Of a DNA stretch of 64,000 bases, positions 51,001 to 64,000 are shown in pieces (position 1 is the stretch's first letter; each line of letters begins with the position of its first letter). A model generated the notes under the pieces. It searched no databases. It was given only the letters and a program-made list of their open reading frames with translations, and had not been told where the DNA came from. This stretch comes from Chlorokybus atmophyticus (Eukaryota; Plantae; Mesostigma and Chlorokybus algae). The translations under genes and the position numbers were made by a program. The stretch lies in assembly GCA_009103225.1 (NCBI GenBank), contig RHPI01003599.1, positions 124,001-188,000 on the forward strand, read 5' to 3'.

Positions 51001-52041
51001 GTGGTGCGGGTGCAGGAGGGCGTGTCCATGCCTCATGTCGCTCAGCTACCTGCAGCGATTACCACCGTTTGCAACCAGTGGTGCACACAACTCATCAGCT
51101 TCACGGCAGCTTCACAGCAGCTACGTGCCAATCGCAGCCTGCTATGCACGGGGTTGCACACTTACTTGTTGGGAAGAAGCTGCAGGCTGTGGATGCTGGT
51201 AAAGAGACCAATCTATTGTGGGCGGACCCGGCGCATGCTGCTCCATGCCGCATGCCGTGCACAGTTACTGCAGTCTAACTACAGTTCTGCGAATCACAAG
51301 CACAATCAGTCGAATGCGCCTGTCTGAACAACAAGTGTGCAAGCACCTGCTTCCCTGGTTTCCAGTCGCTATGGCCAACAGCAGTATGCTCAAACAGTGA
51401 CCTAGCAGTTGTAACCGCAGCAATTTAATGATAACACTTCAAAGCGGTAGCACAAGCTTTCCGCTGTGGAAATGACATGCCAACGCTACACTAAAGCCAG
51501 GGGCTAATGCAGCGTAGGTTGGAGGAAAACACAGCAGGCACTTCACTGTGGCGGTGTTCACCTGAAGGCATGGTTTACTACGGGAGAATACTGTATAGGC
51601 TACAGAGCTGCCTGACCGAGCTAGCAAGATCAACAACTATGGCGACCTTGAGACTACATGCTGCGGCAACTGGCCCAACGCTGCAGCAGCCAGCTGGCCA
51701 TTGCGCACGGCGAGCCTGTTAAACGCTCAATAAGGCATGCTGGAGCAGCTGTGGTGAGAACTAGCCAGCGATCTACAGTGCAAACGACTGCATGCGAGCT
51801 GGGTAGCCTTGCACAACATGCCAGCCCAGACACTCTGCCATGCAAGGTCCTGCCGCCTAAGCGACCTCACGTACATCCACGGCATGCTGCATGCTGAGCT
51901 AGCCTCTGCTTAGCCAGATCTATGTCTCTGACCTGAGCAAATGTTGGCGGTGAAGCTGGCGGCGGCGGGTGCTGTAAGTGAGCGAGTGAGCTTGCGGCGC
52001 CAGATGGCGTCAGCCTCGCCGTCGTCAGCTCCAGCCGGCAT
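47128..52041 (-). CDS. RNA-binding protein with two LOTUS/OST-HTH-like domains, a C-terminal RRM, a Q/S/P-rich linker and a possible degenerate N-terminal NYN (PIN-like) domain; MARF1/Limkain-b1-like
   Basis: RRM: SRHLWLGNVP...FGEVESIRVFSDRPYAFVNF. OST-HTH-like: RRLQPGFDVRATRFQKFLELCRAMEAKNYLRL and GRIHTGELGTRLR...EQHGGLRAFLDRRTDVF. Weak NYN-like pieces: KVAIVVDLAS and SGDFDNIFQNLLSLR. The 5' exon structure is tentative. Confidence 0.7.
47783..48041. repeat. (GA)n/(GAGC)n compound microsatellite in an intron
   Basis: Read directly from the sequence. Confidence 0.95.
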
Positions 52042-55000
52042 AGTGACGACGGTCCACGCCTGCTCCTTCCCAACCTCCTGGTCCTCCTCTCCTTACACGG
52101 CGGCGGCGGCGAGCCACGTCAGCCGCACCGTGACCACAGCACAACGACAGCCCTGCCCGCCCGCCAGCCAGCCACCGCCGCGCCAGACCAAGTGATTGAA
52201 GCCAACACCCAGGAAACCAAGTCATTCATGCATTGTCTCATACGATATCAATGAATCAGCGTGTTCACGGCTTTGCCGTACGCGCAAGCGGGGGTGTCCA
52301 GTGCGTGTCGTACGCGTCGGCCTGCTTGCACCGTGTTTCCTCGAAAATTTTTCTGTGGTGTAAGGAGCCTTTAATCGCTGGCCCCCGGCTGCTTTTTGGC
52401 CCCATCTCAATCATCCCGAGCCGTTTTCTGCTGCACGGGATTAGTGATCCGGGTCTGGGCCGGCTGGCCGGTCGATAGCCCGTCGCCGCAGGAACAAATG
52501 CCCCTGAAGCGTCGGACCCAAGCGCGGGGATCGGCCGGCGTTTTGTCCGCCGTGCGACGTGCCAGGTTGTCCGTGCTGCTGCGTGCGCAGGTGGCGCGAT
52601 CGCGGAGTAGCGGAGATCTAGGGTTCAGCCCGGAGTTCAGTGAACGCAAGGGAGGACTGTGTGGCTCAAGATACATGTCCAAGTTGGAGACTTGTGAGCC
52701 CGAGTCACGCGGTCGCGGTCATTGTGCGATAGGTCGGACAACATGGCAAGGCTGCACACGTGCTGCGACAGCCTCGCGAGGAGGGCGCGACTATGGTCAC
52801 GGCGATAGGGCACAGATTTTGGAGCTATGAGTCATGGCCATGACTCATGAAACGTCCAAGGTTGGACATCATGTGGCACTGGCATACGAGGCACGCTGCG
52901 CAGACTTCATGTGTCTCCTTGTGGTTCGGGTGACCCATTCGGGTGAGCCATGCACTTCAATGTAGTACGACGCCATTGTCAGGATGTGAGATAGATAACA
53001 AGCTCGTTAAGTCAAAGTGTGTACATGCTAGCCGCTTCAATTGCATATTCGCTAGGCGCATCATGTAGCAAATGTTACCGTAAAAATGCGATTAATGCAT
53101 ACGGTTCATTAACACAGAAAGCCAAGCCACGGGCAACAGCCATTTATCAGTCGCACATGCACGCCAAATGCGTATTCCCTAATGGGTTTTCATAGGGGCA
53201 CCAACGTCATGCACTTATCGAAGATTAACTGTAATGCATAACATATAATCTTGCGTTGTCAAAGCACAGCATGCAAAGCACCAAAAGCACAAGCGGACCA
53301 GCAACTTTGAAAAGACAACAAACACACCATGCATAAAGCATAGATGTTGTCTTGCATTGCCCCTGCTGTGATAAAGTCCTTGCCGTACTTGTGCTGATGC
53401 CTTGTGAGCTTGCTGAGTTTTGTGCTATTGCTTTGCATCTGAGCTACAGATAAGCCTATACAAGCTAGCTATGGGGCTAGGCTATGAACTGTGTGCAATG
53501 CTGTTAATGGTAGTGAGCATGAATGCGGGCTGCGGAAGGGCCTAATTGGTACCCGGCAAGGCAGGAGGTAGGCAAAGGTGAGGTTGAGCCATATGCATAT
53601 GTCAACTTTCACGGTGTCGATAGTGCACACACATAGACAATGTTGTACAACTGCTCATAGACGGATAATATGCATTGGTTTACTACTCAGCGCATCAATG
53701 CATATTGCATGCCAACATATTTTGCATTGTACGTTTAACATACTGGTAAGTGAGTTGTCATTTTCCTATGACCTATGACAATGATACTACGAATGTGGTA
53801 ATGAAGCAACATGCAAGCTTTTATATATTAAATCGTCCGTAAAAACACATATATACTTACAGGCTTGCCCATCCTCCTGGCATTGTTATACAAGGGAACA
53901 ACGACTTAGCTATTGCAGAACATACAATGCTGACAGCATGAACGTTGCTAACACCATTAATAGACATAAAATTCGTATGTAACGAACTTACGCATATGAC
54001 GCGCGCAGTGCAGTGCGTTATGTGCATAAAGTGCATATAGGGTTACCATATACGCAACACCGGTACCATGAGCAAACGCACTTGCAATTTTCATAAGTGT
54101 CAGCAGAATATGATTATGTGTTATATTATTATTATTGTAAATACCAGTGTTGGTCGTACGGCTTACTGCTATCATCGATATGAACGCATGTGACTACCTA
54201 ATGATGATTGCATTACAGCATGGAGCCCACCCCTAAAAACTGCCTTTAACTTGAACAATGCACATTAAAATGATCACATTTTGCACCATATATATGGTAT
54301 ACACGAATATCATTATTGATGTTGTGCAATTATTTAATATTAGCAATTACGTGAAGTTTGTGCGCAGCGGCAACATACTCTTGAAGGGCAACTTTGATAA
54401 AAAAAGAAGACAATGGTAATTGCAAGTACAAACAAATATATGGAAGTTAAACTGATAAAAAGATCAATTATTTGTTATAAACCATACCATGCTCGCCAGT
54501 GCGGACACAATGATACATAGAGTATACATCTTTGCTACTTTACCTTCGCTTAAATGTTTTTGTTCCACATCCCCATCAAGCACATCAATACTCAAAAACC
54601 CATAATCTTATTGTACGATATATATAACACTTGTAAACGATGATAAATTTATATAAGGTAAAAACTTGTTAGTTGCATAATTGCATTTATACAATTTGCC
54701 AACACAAGTGCTCACAAAGCAAATACCGGGGGAAAAGTCCGATTGCAATGCAGTAAAAGATGAAAAAACACCCATCATCAATCGCCAATGTAGTAACCAC
54801 TAGAAGCAGGATCTCCTTGGATGAGCCAACTTGGCTCAGCCAAGATGGCTCAGGAGATCAGCGATCCGCTTCAGTTGGCTCATACCGATGGACACGCACG
54901 GCATTGACAAACCGGAAGAAACCAGCTACTTTTTCCCGCCATTTCCACATTCAAAGCCGCTGCTAACGCTAGCGCGCCGTCTCCGAGGACGCCCTGGTCG

Positions 55001-55068
55001 GCGCCCGTGGGCGTCACCTCCGCCGGGGCGGTACGACGTGGGTTGCCTTCGTGGCTTTCTCCTCAGAC

Positions 55069-58000
55069 ATGCCCGGAGACAGCGGGGAGGTGTCGACGCC
55101 ATGGGGCTGGCTGGAGGCCCGCTCCGCCATGGCCAGGAAGCATGCCGGGGCGCCGGCCGTCGCCCTCACTGGCAAGGAGTGTGTCCTGGGCCGGACGCTT
55201 CCTGCGCTGGTCGCCTTTCAGAAGGTGCAGCTTAAGGAGGAGGTTCTCACACTTGGCATGTTCCTCTGCCTTTATTGACGAGAAGTGCTCGCGGCTCTTG
55301 TTAGGGGATTGTCTAACCCTAGCTGGCATTGCTGCGGTTCATTTGGCTGTTCACAATCAGGAATGAGCGTTGTGCCTTGTTTGCATGCGCCCCAGTGACG
55401 TGCTTGCACTGCTTGTGAAGGTTGCATGCATTGTGTTACAACGATTGCTACCAAACAACCTGCTACAGCAGAGCAGCAGTTACACATGCATGCACGGACC
55501 ATGTGACAGACTAGTTTGCGGTTTGCATGAAGCGGTCCAGTTGGGCCATGGCCATAACTTCGAACGACAACTGGGTGTGTTTGCTCAGCAAGTCTTGTCA
55601 GGTTCTAGCCATCAGTGGCACGCATTGCCGGTTGTTTCAGAAGGACGGGTGCGTCATGGTGCTGGACACAAGGTGAGTGATAGTGTGTGCATTTCATGTT
55701 CAGGCTGCTGCAGCATAATTTGCTGTTGCTCACTTGTGTGACCTGTCTCAGCACAAATGGGACGTTTGTCAACCGCACGAAAGTAGGGAAAGGTGCCGCC
55801 CCTGTTGAGCTGCACGACGGCGACATCTTAAGCCTCTCAACTGTGGATGAGAACAATGGCAAGTTTGTCTCCAGTGATGTTCATGTCATAGTTCACCATT
55901 CATTTTATTGGCATTGTAGCTTACAAGGTATTGCCGCTTGTTACTGCAAGATGGCAATGTATGCAGGCATGTTTTCTTATGTTGTTTCATGTTGTTACAG
56001 ATGATATGCCGGTGTTTATGTTTCGCTCAACACCGCCAGCAGCTGAGACCATCAAGCGAAAGCAAAGTACAGGTTTGTGCACTGCGCTCTTGATGTTTTG
56101 CCATATTATGAGCTGGAGCTTGGTGCGCACATTGTGCACTTGCCCAAGCACATATTGAAGTGGCTTTGAACAACAACAGGAGACAATGCAATGGAACCAA
56201 ACAAGCGCCTCGCTGGTGATAATCGCATCTCACACTCTCCTGCATCTTTGTCTACTCTGGCGGAGCTGAAAGAAGCCAATGAGGTGCAGCCAGCACATAC
56301 GCGTGGACTGTTGTTTTGTAATGGCTCTTCTGTGTTAAGTGTTTACCCCTGCAGGATTTGCGAAGACAGCTGCAGGACAAGATTGCTAGCCTTGTGTCTG
56401 CAGAGGCAGCAGCCAGTGCCGCCAGCCAGCAGCATGCTCAGGTAGTTATTGGTATGCCATTGCATTCAGCGACTGCGCACCATGCTGTTAACAAACTGTC
56501 CGGTTTTCAGGAGCTAGAAGCAGCTGTTGCTCGCATTGAGAATGATTGGAAACAGCGGGTGGAACAAGAACGGCAGGCTGCAGCTGAGGTGAGGGTTGGA
56601 GCTACACCAGCACAATGTGTTCATGCATTATTATCAGCCAGGTTTGACACCACTTAGCCGTGGCCCAGATGGTTGTCTTGAATGTGCTTGAACGGACATC
56701 ACCTACTTGCAATCATGCGTTGTCTTTAGCCGAAGTGGCGCTGATGCGCAAGGCGATAACAGTTTCCCATAGGCCACATGCGCCATGTCGAGTGCATGAG
56801 TGTCCACCTGTTTGCCATCGCACGGATTTCCTGCTTATGCAAGTTGGTTGGTAACTTCATGCAACTGTACAGCGCTCAACAGCACCGCGTCACCCACAGG
56901 CACAAGGGGAACTGGAGGTCTTGAAGTCTGAGAAAGCCTCCATGACTAGCGAGATAGACGCATTGCAACAGCGCCTCGCACGTGCGTCTACGGCTTGTCA
57001 AGAAGCAGAGGACACTGTTGGCAGGTCTGACTAGTGTTGAGTGTAGCTTGATTACAAGGTTTCACTAACCTGCTTGCATCAGGTTGCGTGACCAGCATGC
57101 TGCATTGGAGAAAAGCCTGACAGAAGTAACCGCCAAGCTGGAGAATCAGCGAGTTGAAGCTGCAGCTGCCTTGTCGTCGCTGCGCGCCGAGAAGGATGCA
57201 GGTAGGGTATCAACTATTCATTGTTGACAGTTACGGTTATGCACAGCAGCAACTGCCTTACGAGCAATGTGCTTGCATTGCAGAGCTTGCAGCGCAGGCA
57301 GAGGCTGAGGGAAAACTGCGCAAGGATTATGAGGCAACCATTTTTGATTGCAAGGTACATGTCAGCGGGTGTCGCTGCATTCTGTCCAAATGTGCTCAAA
57401 CCAACAATGTAATGCAGACAGCTGCAGCGGAGATGGAAGCACGGGCGGAATCGCTGCGCCAAAAGCTGGTATGCCTTGCTGGCAATTGCATCACTTATGA
57501 CACGAAGTCATTGTGCTGACCTCATTTGGTTCTGGTCTTTTGCAAGGGACAAGAGCGTGATATGTGTGACAAGGCGGATGCAAAGGCACGAAGTCTGGCG
57601 AGTCAGTTGCAGGAGGCGCAGCTTGCTGTGGCCAGGCTAGAAAGCACAACGTCACAAGCGCAAGCCAATGCTGCAAAGTTTGAAGCTCGCGTGCGCGAAG
57701 AACAGGTGAGAGTCACTTTCAACCGGATGTTTTATCACACAGCAGCTAGTGTTGGCCCTTGTGCATTGATTCTGTCTTTTCAGGCCGCGAGACAGAACGC
57801 AGACTCAGTGCGTGCCAGTCTGGAGGCCGAGTTGCGCGTATCAGGGGTGGCGCGAGCAGCCGCAGAAGAGCGTGCGAGAGGCGCGCAAGAGGCGGAAGCC
57901 ATACTGAGGCATCAGCTGCAGGGCGCCCGGGCTTCAAGCACGCAAGTGGAGGAGGCGGTGCGAGAGAGCTGGCAAAAACTGCAGAACTGGCTGTCGGGTC

Positions 58001-59056
58001 CACCGCTGCACGGTCCACCGCCACCAAGTGTCCATAAGCCCTCTGTGTCAAGTGTGCCGCAGCCTCAATACAAAAGCGACAGTCAGTTGCATGCAGACAC
58101 AGATCAGGAATGTTCGACACCTACTGGCACTCCTCTCGACGATGATGACCAGCAACGTGCAGCGCATAGTGCAGCACACGCTCAGGAACCAGAGGAAACT
58201 CAAGACGCAGAGGGCATGCAAGATAGCGCAGGCGCTGCGCAAACGGATGATGAACTGGAAGAGTCTGAGGTGGGACCCACTCCAGTGCAGCATCAGGCAG
58301 AGCCACCCATGGACACGCAGCTTCTTGGTGACACGCAGCTGCATGCACCAGGCGCTCGTACCGCTGTTCTGGCTGGCATACAAGAGGAAGATACACAAAT
58401 GGAAATGGAGACGGATACAGGTATTAGGGTTGTGATGATGTTTGATTCCTAAAGTCCACAACAGCAATGGTGATGCAACTGCCTTTTGATAAACTTTGGT
58501 GCCTGAATGATAACAGGCATGTAATGCGTTGTGAGGTGCAAATGTTGTCTGTCATGGTGCTGCAGATGAGGAACCACAATGGTTGAAGCGACCTGGTGTC
58601 ACACTGGAAACGCAAAAGGTTGAATGCACAGCCGTCCTCAGGGTGGTCACGGTTGCAGTTCAGGAGGCAGATGACGAAGCCGCCAACAGGCCTCAACATG
58701 AGAGCATATCACAGGCGGAGCCAGAAGTTGGCGTGAAACAAAGCAGAGTGTTGGTTGAAAGCCAGGACAAAGAGAATTACTGGTCGCCACCTGACAACGT
58801 TGAGCACACTGCTGCCAACAACAACAATGTTGACAGCCAGTACAGCGAGCACGAGACTCCAAGCAAGCGAGGACGAGATGAAGCCAGTAAATGGACGCAC
58901 ACGCCTGCAGCCACCCGCTCGCAGAGTGACGACTCAAGCGGGTTGGGCAAACCGTCTATGAAGACTGTGTTGAATGAGTATTTAGCATTGGGTCCAGCAG
59001 GGCATGGCAGCCCGGCACCGGCTGATTCTGCATCTCCGGCTGCTGTTAATGCGTAA
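55069..59056 (+). CDS. FHA-domain protein with a long coiled coil and an acidic disordered C-terminus
   Basis: The FHA signature is split over exons: ECVLGR, ISGTHC, VLDTS|TNGTFVN, ELHDGDILSL. Heptad-rich exons follow (ELEAAVARIENDWKQRVEQE, ARSLASQLQEAQLAVARLE). Stop at 59054-59056. Confidence 0.88.
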
Positions 59057-60121
59057 GTAGGGGATTGCTACATTTGGAGTGTAATCACATGTACAGAGAG
59101 CTGTGGTGTGCGATATGCAGTGAGACAATGTCTGGGACTGGTTGTGGTTTGCGTTCTGTTCTGCATCGCAAGGCTTTGGTGAAATTGGTAGTGTACAAGA
59201 AGCTCACCATGTTACTGACTAGCAGAATTCTTGTGGAGAGGTTTGGGAGCTCGCAATCAGTGACGTAGTAGTCTAGGTTATGTCCACTGGAGACTGCTGC
59301 ATTGGCAAGCGCTGGCATCAACCTAAGCGGAGTGGACGCCCCCAACCCTTGCAAGGGTTGGGGGCATCCATTTTTCCACTCTTTGGTCATATTGTAGATT
59401 ATGATAAGCATAATATAGGCAATTACTACATCAATTGCATCGACCATGCAACATGAATTGCATTGCATGCGCGGTCTTTGCATACGCACTCAGTCTCGCA
59501 AGCCGTTAACCAGGCCACGCCATTCGTCATCCCCCATCATGCCGCGCAGCGACGAATGCCTGCTTCGCCTTCGGCACTCCCGCGTCCTAACCTGTCGCCA
59601 GTGCTGCGTACGCCTCCGTTACTGGCGGCCCTGATGCGAGACTCAACCTCACTAGGCTACGCAGCTCTACCCACACGCCTAACTATGTTGTGGCGTATCA
59701 CCAAATTAGCACATTAACAACTGTTGCGCACTGTGCTATGGTGTTATTGGTGTGCATAGTTGCATACTTCACATGCCGGCGCACTCTGTGACTACAGTGT
59801 TGTATGCCAATGGAGTGCCACAGGGTTGTCTGGATATGTATACTCTGACCATTTGAAACGCATTCGCCAACAAAATCGGGATCACATTGTTGCGTGCAAC
59901 ATCCTTGCAACCAATGTGAATGATGCGCAGCACCGGCACTTGGGCTGTCCTGCGATACCCCAACTGCTCCACCCGACAGTAGATACTAGTGTTGACAATG
60001 CATACAAACATGTCGGGAACCAACATAAGTCTCATGTGTCTGTTGGGGCGCTCAGCGCGCACCCACCTTGACTTGTGGCAAAGGAATTGCAGAGCATTAT
60101 GATGATGTTGAGGAATGGGGG

Positions 60122-61215
60122 CTAAAAGGTTGTGCCTTCGGGGGGTTGAGGGAGTTTGCGGTTGTGGCCTGCAGCCATCTCGCGGCGCAGGTCTGTGAGG
60201 ACGGTCTCCATGGTGTAGTGACGGTGCCATCCGCCCAGCGTGGCAAAGTGACGCGGCTCCACCACGCCGCTCTGCTGGTTCACGCACGTCATGTTGATGC
60301 GGCTGATGAATCGCGCAGCCGGCGGCCTGTCCGGATACGACTCGTCGCAGTAAAGCCTCAGCGCGTATATCCGCCCGTCGTGCACCGTCTGCACAAAAGT
60401 AATGGCATCAAGTGATTGTTGTTGGACGTGCTGCCAGGAGCGCAGCTGTGTCTTTGAAGTGCTCAGACGTATGCACACAGTTGCATACTTCTGGCTGCAA
60501 ATGTGACACAAGCAAAGTGACCTTGCTTGGAGTAAGTGCTCCATGTCAGCCACTGTACAAGAATGGAGTTGACCTTACACGACTAAATGGCTTGAATGTA
60601 AGAAAAGAGTCTTGATGACTTGATCTCCATGTTATCACATATAAACTATTGATTGACTGTCTCCATGATAAAGTAAAGTAGTAGTAGTGTGGTTGATTCC
60701 AAGCAAATGAACCTACATGGAGAGGAAGTCCCTATGCAAATGAATGCTCTCCTAATGGTTGCATTATATGTTACAGTAACTTGCAATCTTGCCCTGCATA
60801 CGTGATGCAGGCTTGCAAGCAGTGTCCGTTATACATTTACTGCCATTGTGACATACAACTCGACCCAACATACCCAACAGCGACAACATGACTTGTTTCA
60901 GTAACTGTGACATGTAGCCCAGTACTCACATTGGGTGGGCCGACTATTGTGCCTGTCCAGGAGCGCATGTAGACGTCCTCCTGATCGTCCATCCCATACG
61001 ACACACTGCCATCGCCTATGCCCTTCTCCCCCCTCTCCAGCTCCTCCAGCAGCCTAAAATTTCGGGGCACTGCGCATACGCCCATCAACAACCACATCAA
61101 CAGCAACGAAAGACGAAGACACCAATAACAAGATACAAGAGTGCTTGCACACTGCTGACACAACCAATAGACGAAGCTCACCTACTACCGTCGTTGCTCC
61201 TCCGCTGCTCATCAT
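60122..61215 (-). CDS. UEV1: Ubiquitin-conjugating enzyme E2 variant (UEV1/MMS2); 3 exons
   Basis: Exons 61215-61182, 61069-60930 and 60388-60122 give [29 protein letters not shown]...[18 protein letters not shown]...YPDRPP...RINMTCVN...[13 protein letters not shown]. Confidence 0.97.
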
Positions 61216-62147
61216 CTGATCTGATTGGGGCGGAGTGGCACACTACACCTCAAGCCCACCCTGAGTCGCCCGACCCGAGTAGCTCAAATCAGCCACTCAA
61301 CGGACGACAAGACCACCGCTGCTGACAACAACAACCACACCGACCGTAGGAACGAGCAAAATGTCTCCGCTCCCTTGCTAACCCTAATTCAAAGCTTGTT
61401 GCACAACGCCGACCGTCGACCTGCCTGCAGGTAGTATGCTGTTAGAATTGTCGGCGCATAGCATGGCGGAGCAGCACTGGTTTTGGTAAGTTCTAGCGGC
61501 AGTGCGGGCGGTGGCTGCGGCGGGGTGCATGAGGTTGGGGCTCAATAGGCGCTCCTATGCCATGTTGCTTGTGAGATAAACCTGTGTTTTTGTCCAAATC
61601 AAGCGTTTGACAGAAAGCGCATGCGTGAAAGCTGCAGCTTTAGCTGAAGGTGCGTGTCGAGTATTTGACTTTCAGTGTCAATGTCAACCTGGTAGTGAGA
61701 GCTGGCTTGTTGGATTATCTGTATTGCAAAAGTTGGTCAGTGTTGAGCTGGACCTGACGCAGTTGAGGCCGAACAGTGTTGTTGAGGTCAGCTGAGCTGA
61801 GCTAAGCTGAGCTCAGCTGACCTCAACAACAGCAAAGCCAAGTTTGAGCTGGAACGAGTTAGTGCATAGAGGTGTTATTGCATGCAGTGCAGTGTCATAC
61901 ATAAGTTCTGATTACATATTAGGTCAAGTTATTGTACTTTGCACTTGTATCAGCTTGCACACTGAGCTGTAGGGACAAACAAGCTGTCATTACACACTGA
62001 GAAGGTTGTTGCAGAAACGAATGTCTGTTCTCTTGCTTGCACATGCAGCTACAGGCATGGAACATGTGCGCTTGGCTTGCTGCTTGCTGGTTATGTTGAT
62101 ACTGCTGCTTTGGGAGTTGAGAGAGCGTGTGCATGCTGTTGCAACAG

Positions 62148-64000
62148 ATGCCGAGGATCTTCAGCAGTGACGCCGATATAGAGCTTCTGCATGACGCTTT
62201 GGAGGCGTTCGTGCGGTGGAGAGATGGCGCAGCAGTTGGTACAATCATCAGCGCCATTGCTGGCTATATGCTTTATGAGGTCCGTTTCTTTTGATGCACA
62301 TGCACACAGAAGTACACACAAGCGCGAACCTACGTATGGTTGCAAGCACACAGGCGTGTGTGCGCATACATGCACACACACGCGCCCAACCACATATGCG
62401 CACGCGTGCACTTACGTGTTCATGGAGGCTTGTGTGCGTGTGTACAACATGCATGGGACGCTTTATTCTAAGACAAGCAATGCAGCAACTTTCATGTGGC
62501 ACGCAAGATTGACATTACACCTTTGCAGTCGTATCGCAAGCGGCGACAGGTAAAGCGAGTTGACGCGGCGCCAGAAGTGACATCAGCCGGGCTTCGGCAA
62601 CTGCTCACAACCAGCAGCTCAGGCTCAAGCCCAAGCCAAAGCCCAAGCGCAAGCACAGATGTTGAAGCTGAAAGCACAGAACCTCAGCTTGTGTGCGTGC
62701 GGGGAAGCGTGTCCATAAAACCTCCAGGGTAAGTGTTGTGTCAATAGTGTCAACCAACAATCTACTCTAAAACTTGATGACTTTGGCATGCTAACAAGTT
62801 GGTTGTTGGTTGCTCTTGGTCACAGCAGCAGTACTGTTCTGGGGAGGTGGCAGGGGCATCCCGTTGAGCCGTTTACCAGCGTTGGGCATTCGTTAACAAA
62901 GGGTGCCGTTCAGCAATTGACCGTAAAGGTATGTGAGCGTTGTGTCACACGCGATGTTGTTGCGCGTTCACGAGGCATGTGTAACTTAGCGAGCTGGCAA
63001 ACTGAGCGCCTTGTCGCCTTGTTTTCCGCACACTGCCAGTCAATATACAGAGAGTTCAAGACTTTCGGGGAACGCAAAGAGCTGCTAGAAAGGCATCGTA
63101 AGTCGGTAAGCAACACCCACTACGCTGCTAGACGCAGACAATGATACTGAATTGCATATCCATGAGAAAGTGTAGAGAGAGAGATTGACAGGCAATTTGG
63201 TCGAGTTGTTGATGAGTCATCGTTCATGGCCGTGGCCAGGTGCCGTTTGGACTGCAAGACAGCACAGGTTTCATTGCGCTCGATGAGACCAGCAGGTTCA
63301 TACCCCTGCAACAGACACACGAAACCTACAATTACCTAGAACGCAACCCAGGTGGTGCGTTGCTCTACATTCGTTGTTATGCTGTTACTGCGATGTTGTT
63401 TTGGGCGGTCAAATACAAGGGTTATAATGCAATCCTGACTGTTGCTGTGCGCAGCTGGCGATGTGCTGCGGTACGCCCTGGGGCAAAGAATACTGGTGGG
63501 TTTGTGCATGTTGTGCATGGTGTCTGACAGATCAGCAATCTCAATGCTTGCAGTCAACAGCTTGTTGACACCCGTACAAGAGTTGCCATAATTGTGCTCA
63601 ATGCAAAAATCGCACGCGACATCCATTGTTTCACATTCAAGGCGCGGGCAATGCGATTGCAAGTGTCTTGGCCAGCATATTTCGCCGGCGAGACTCCACC
63701 GCACCATTAATTGCGTGAGGTGGAGTGTCACCAGCCAAGTTTGCTGGCCAAAATAGAATTGCACTTGCGTTGATGGCCTGGGCGATGAGTGCGAAACTCT
63801 GGCTGTTACGTGCCATGTTTTGCATTTAACTCTTGCAAATTTGCCACCATGCCGGTGATTGCAAGCTACAAGTTGATCGATCAGACTTGCACATGCATGC
63901 GTATGTTGTTGTGTACGTGCTTGCGTCCGGACTGATATCCTGAGACTGCGGGAACGTACTCACTCATTGATTGTTCACAGTTGGGGACCGTGCGCACGGA
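62148..64000 (+). CDS. SPL2/SP1/MUL1-like organellar outer-membrane E3 ligase (N-terminal TM plus GIDE domain); truncated by the window end, RING not visible
   Basis: The TM segment DGAAVGTIISAIAGYMLYE, then KRVDAAPEVTSAGLRQLL, QLVCVRGSVSIK, CQSIYREF...LLERHRK and VPFGLQDSTG...SRFIPLQQTHE parallel my recollection of Arabidopsis SPL2 (DGAILG, KKIKDAPEVSISDLRSLL, RIVVVRGVVKPK). Confidence 0.7.

Noticed and set aside
52900-54750. Hidden gene or foreign insert in the AT-richer stretch
   Set aside because: No convincing ORF, splice pattern or terminal repeats. It looks like ordinary intergenic DNA between divergent genes.
24279-64000. Ubiquitin/SUMO/DNA-damage gene cluster (ULP, PP4R4, FHA, UEV1, E3)
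   Set aside because: These are common functional classes interspersed with unrelated genes, and nothing in the sequence supports a co-regulated cluster.

Overview
This is intron-rich eukaryotic genomic DNA with GT-AG introns and at least one GC-AG intron. It probably comes from a green alga, because several proteins resemble plant forms (OXC/HACL, Deg2/9-type protease, SPL2-like E3); the taxon is inference only. Ten multi-exon genes can be reconstructed by hand, in order: (1) a fused oxalate-CoA ligase (AAE3/Pcs60 type) plus TPP-dependent oxalyl-CoA decarboxylase, 10 exons and about 1110 aa, with the fusion junction inside one exon; (2) a glucose-6-phosphate dehydrogenase with two canonical C-terminal EF-hands; (3) a ULP2/SENP6-7-type SUMO protease; (4) a Zn-independent MDR/quinone oxidoreductase; (5) a Deg/HtrA protease; (6) a PP4R4-like HEAT protein; (7) a LOTUS/OST-HTH plus RRM protein with a possible NYN domain (MARF1-like); (8) an FHA coiled-coil protein; (9) UEV1/MMS2; (10) an SPL2/MUL1-like GIDE-domain E3 that runs off the right edge. 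The 5.6-15 kb and 43-47 kb intervals hold nested inverted repeats, hairpin-rich elements, a tRNA-promoter-like repeat, duplicated gene fragments, microsatellites and N gaps. The two domain fusions are the strongest candidates for an undescribed system. Their novelty could not be checked without databases. Most ORFs in the supplied track are spurious readings of introns and repeats.
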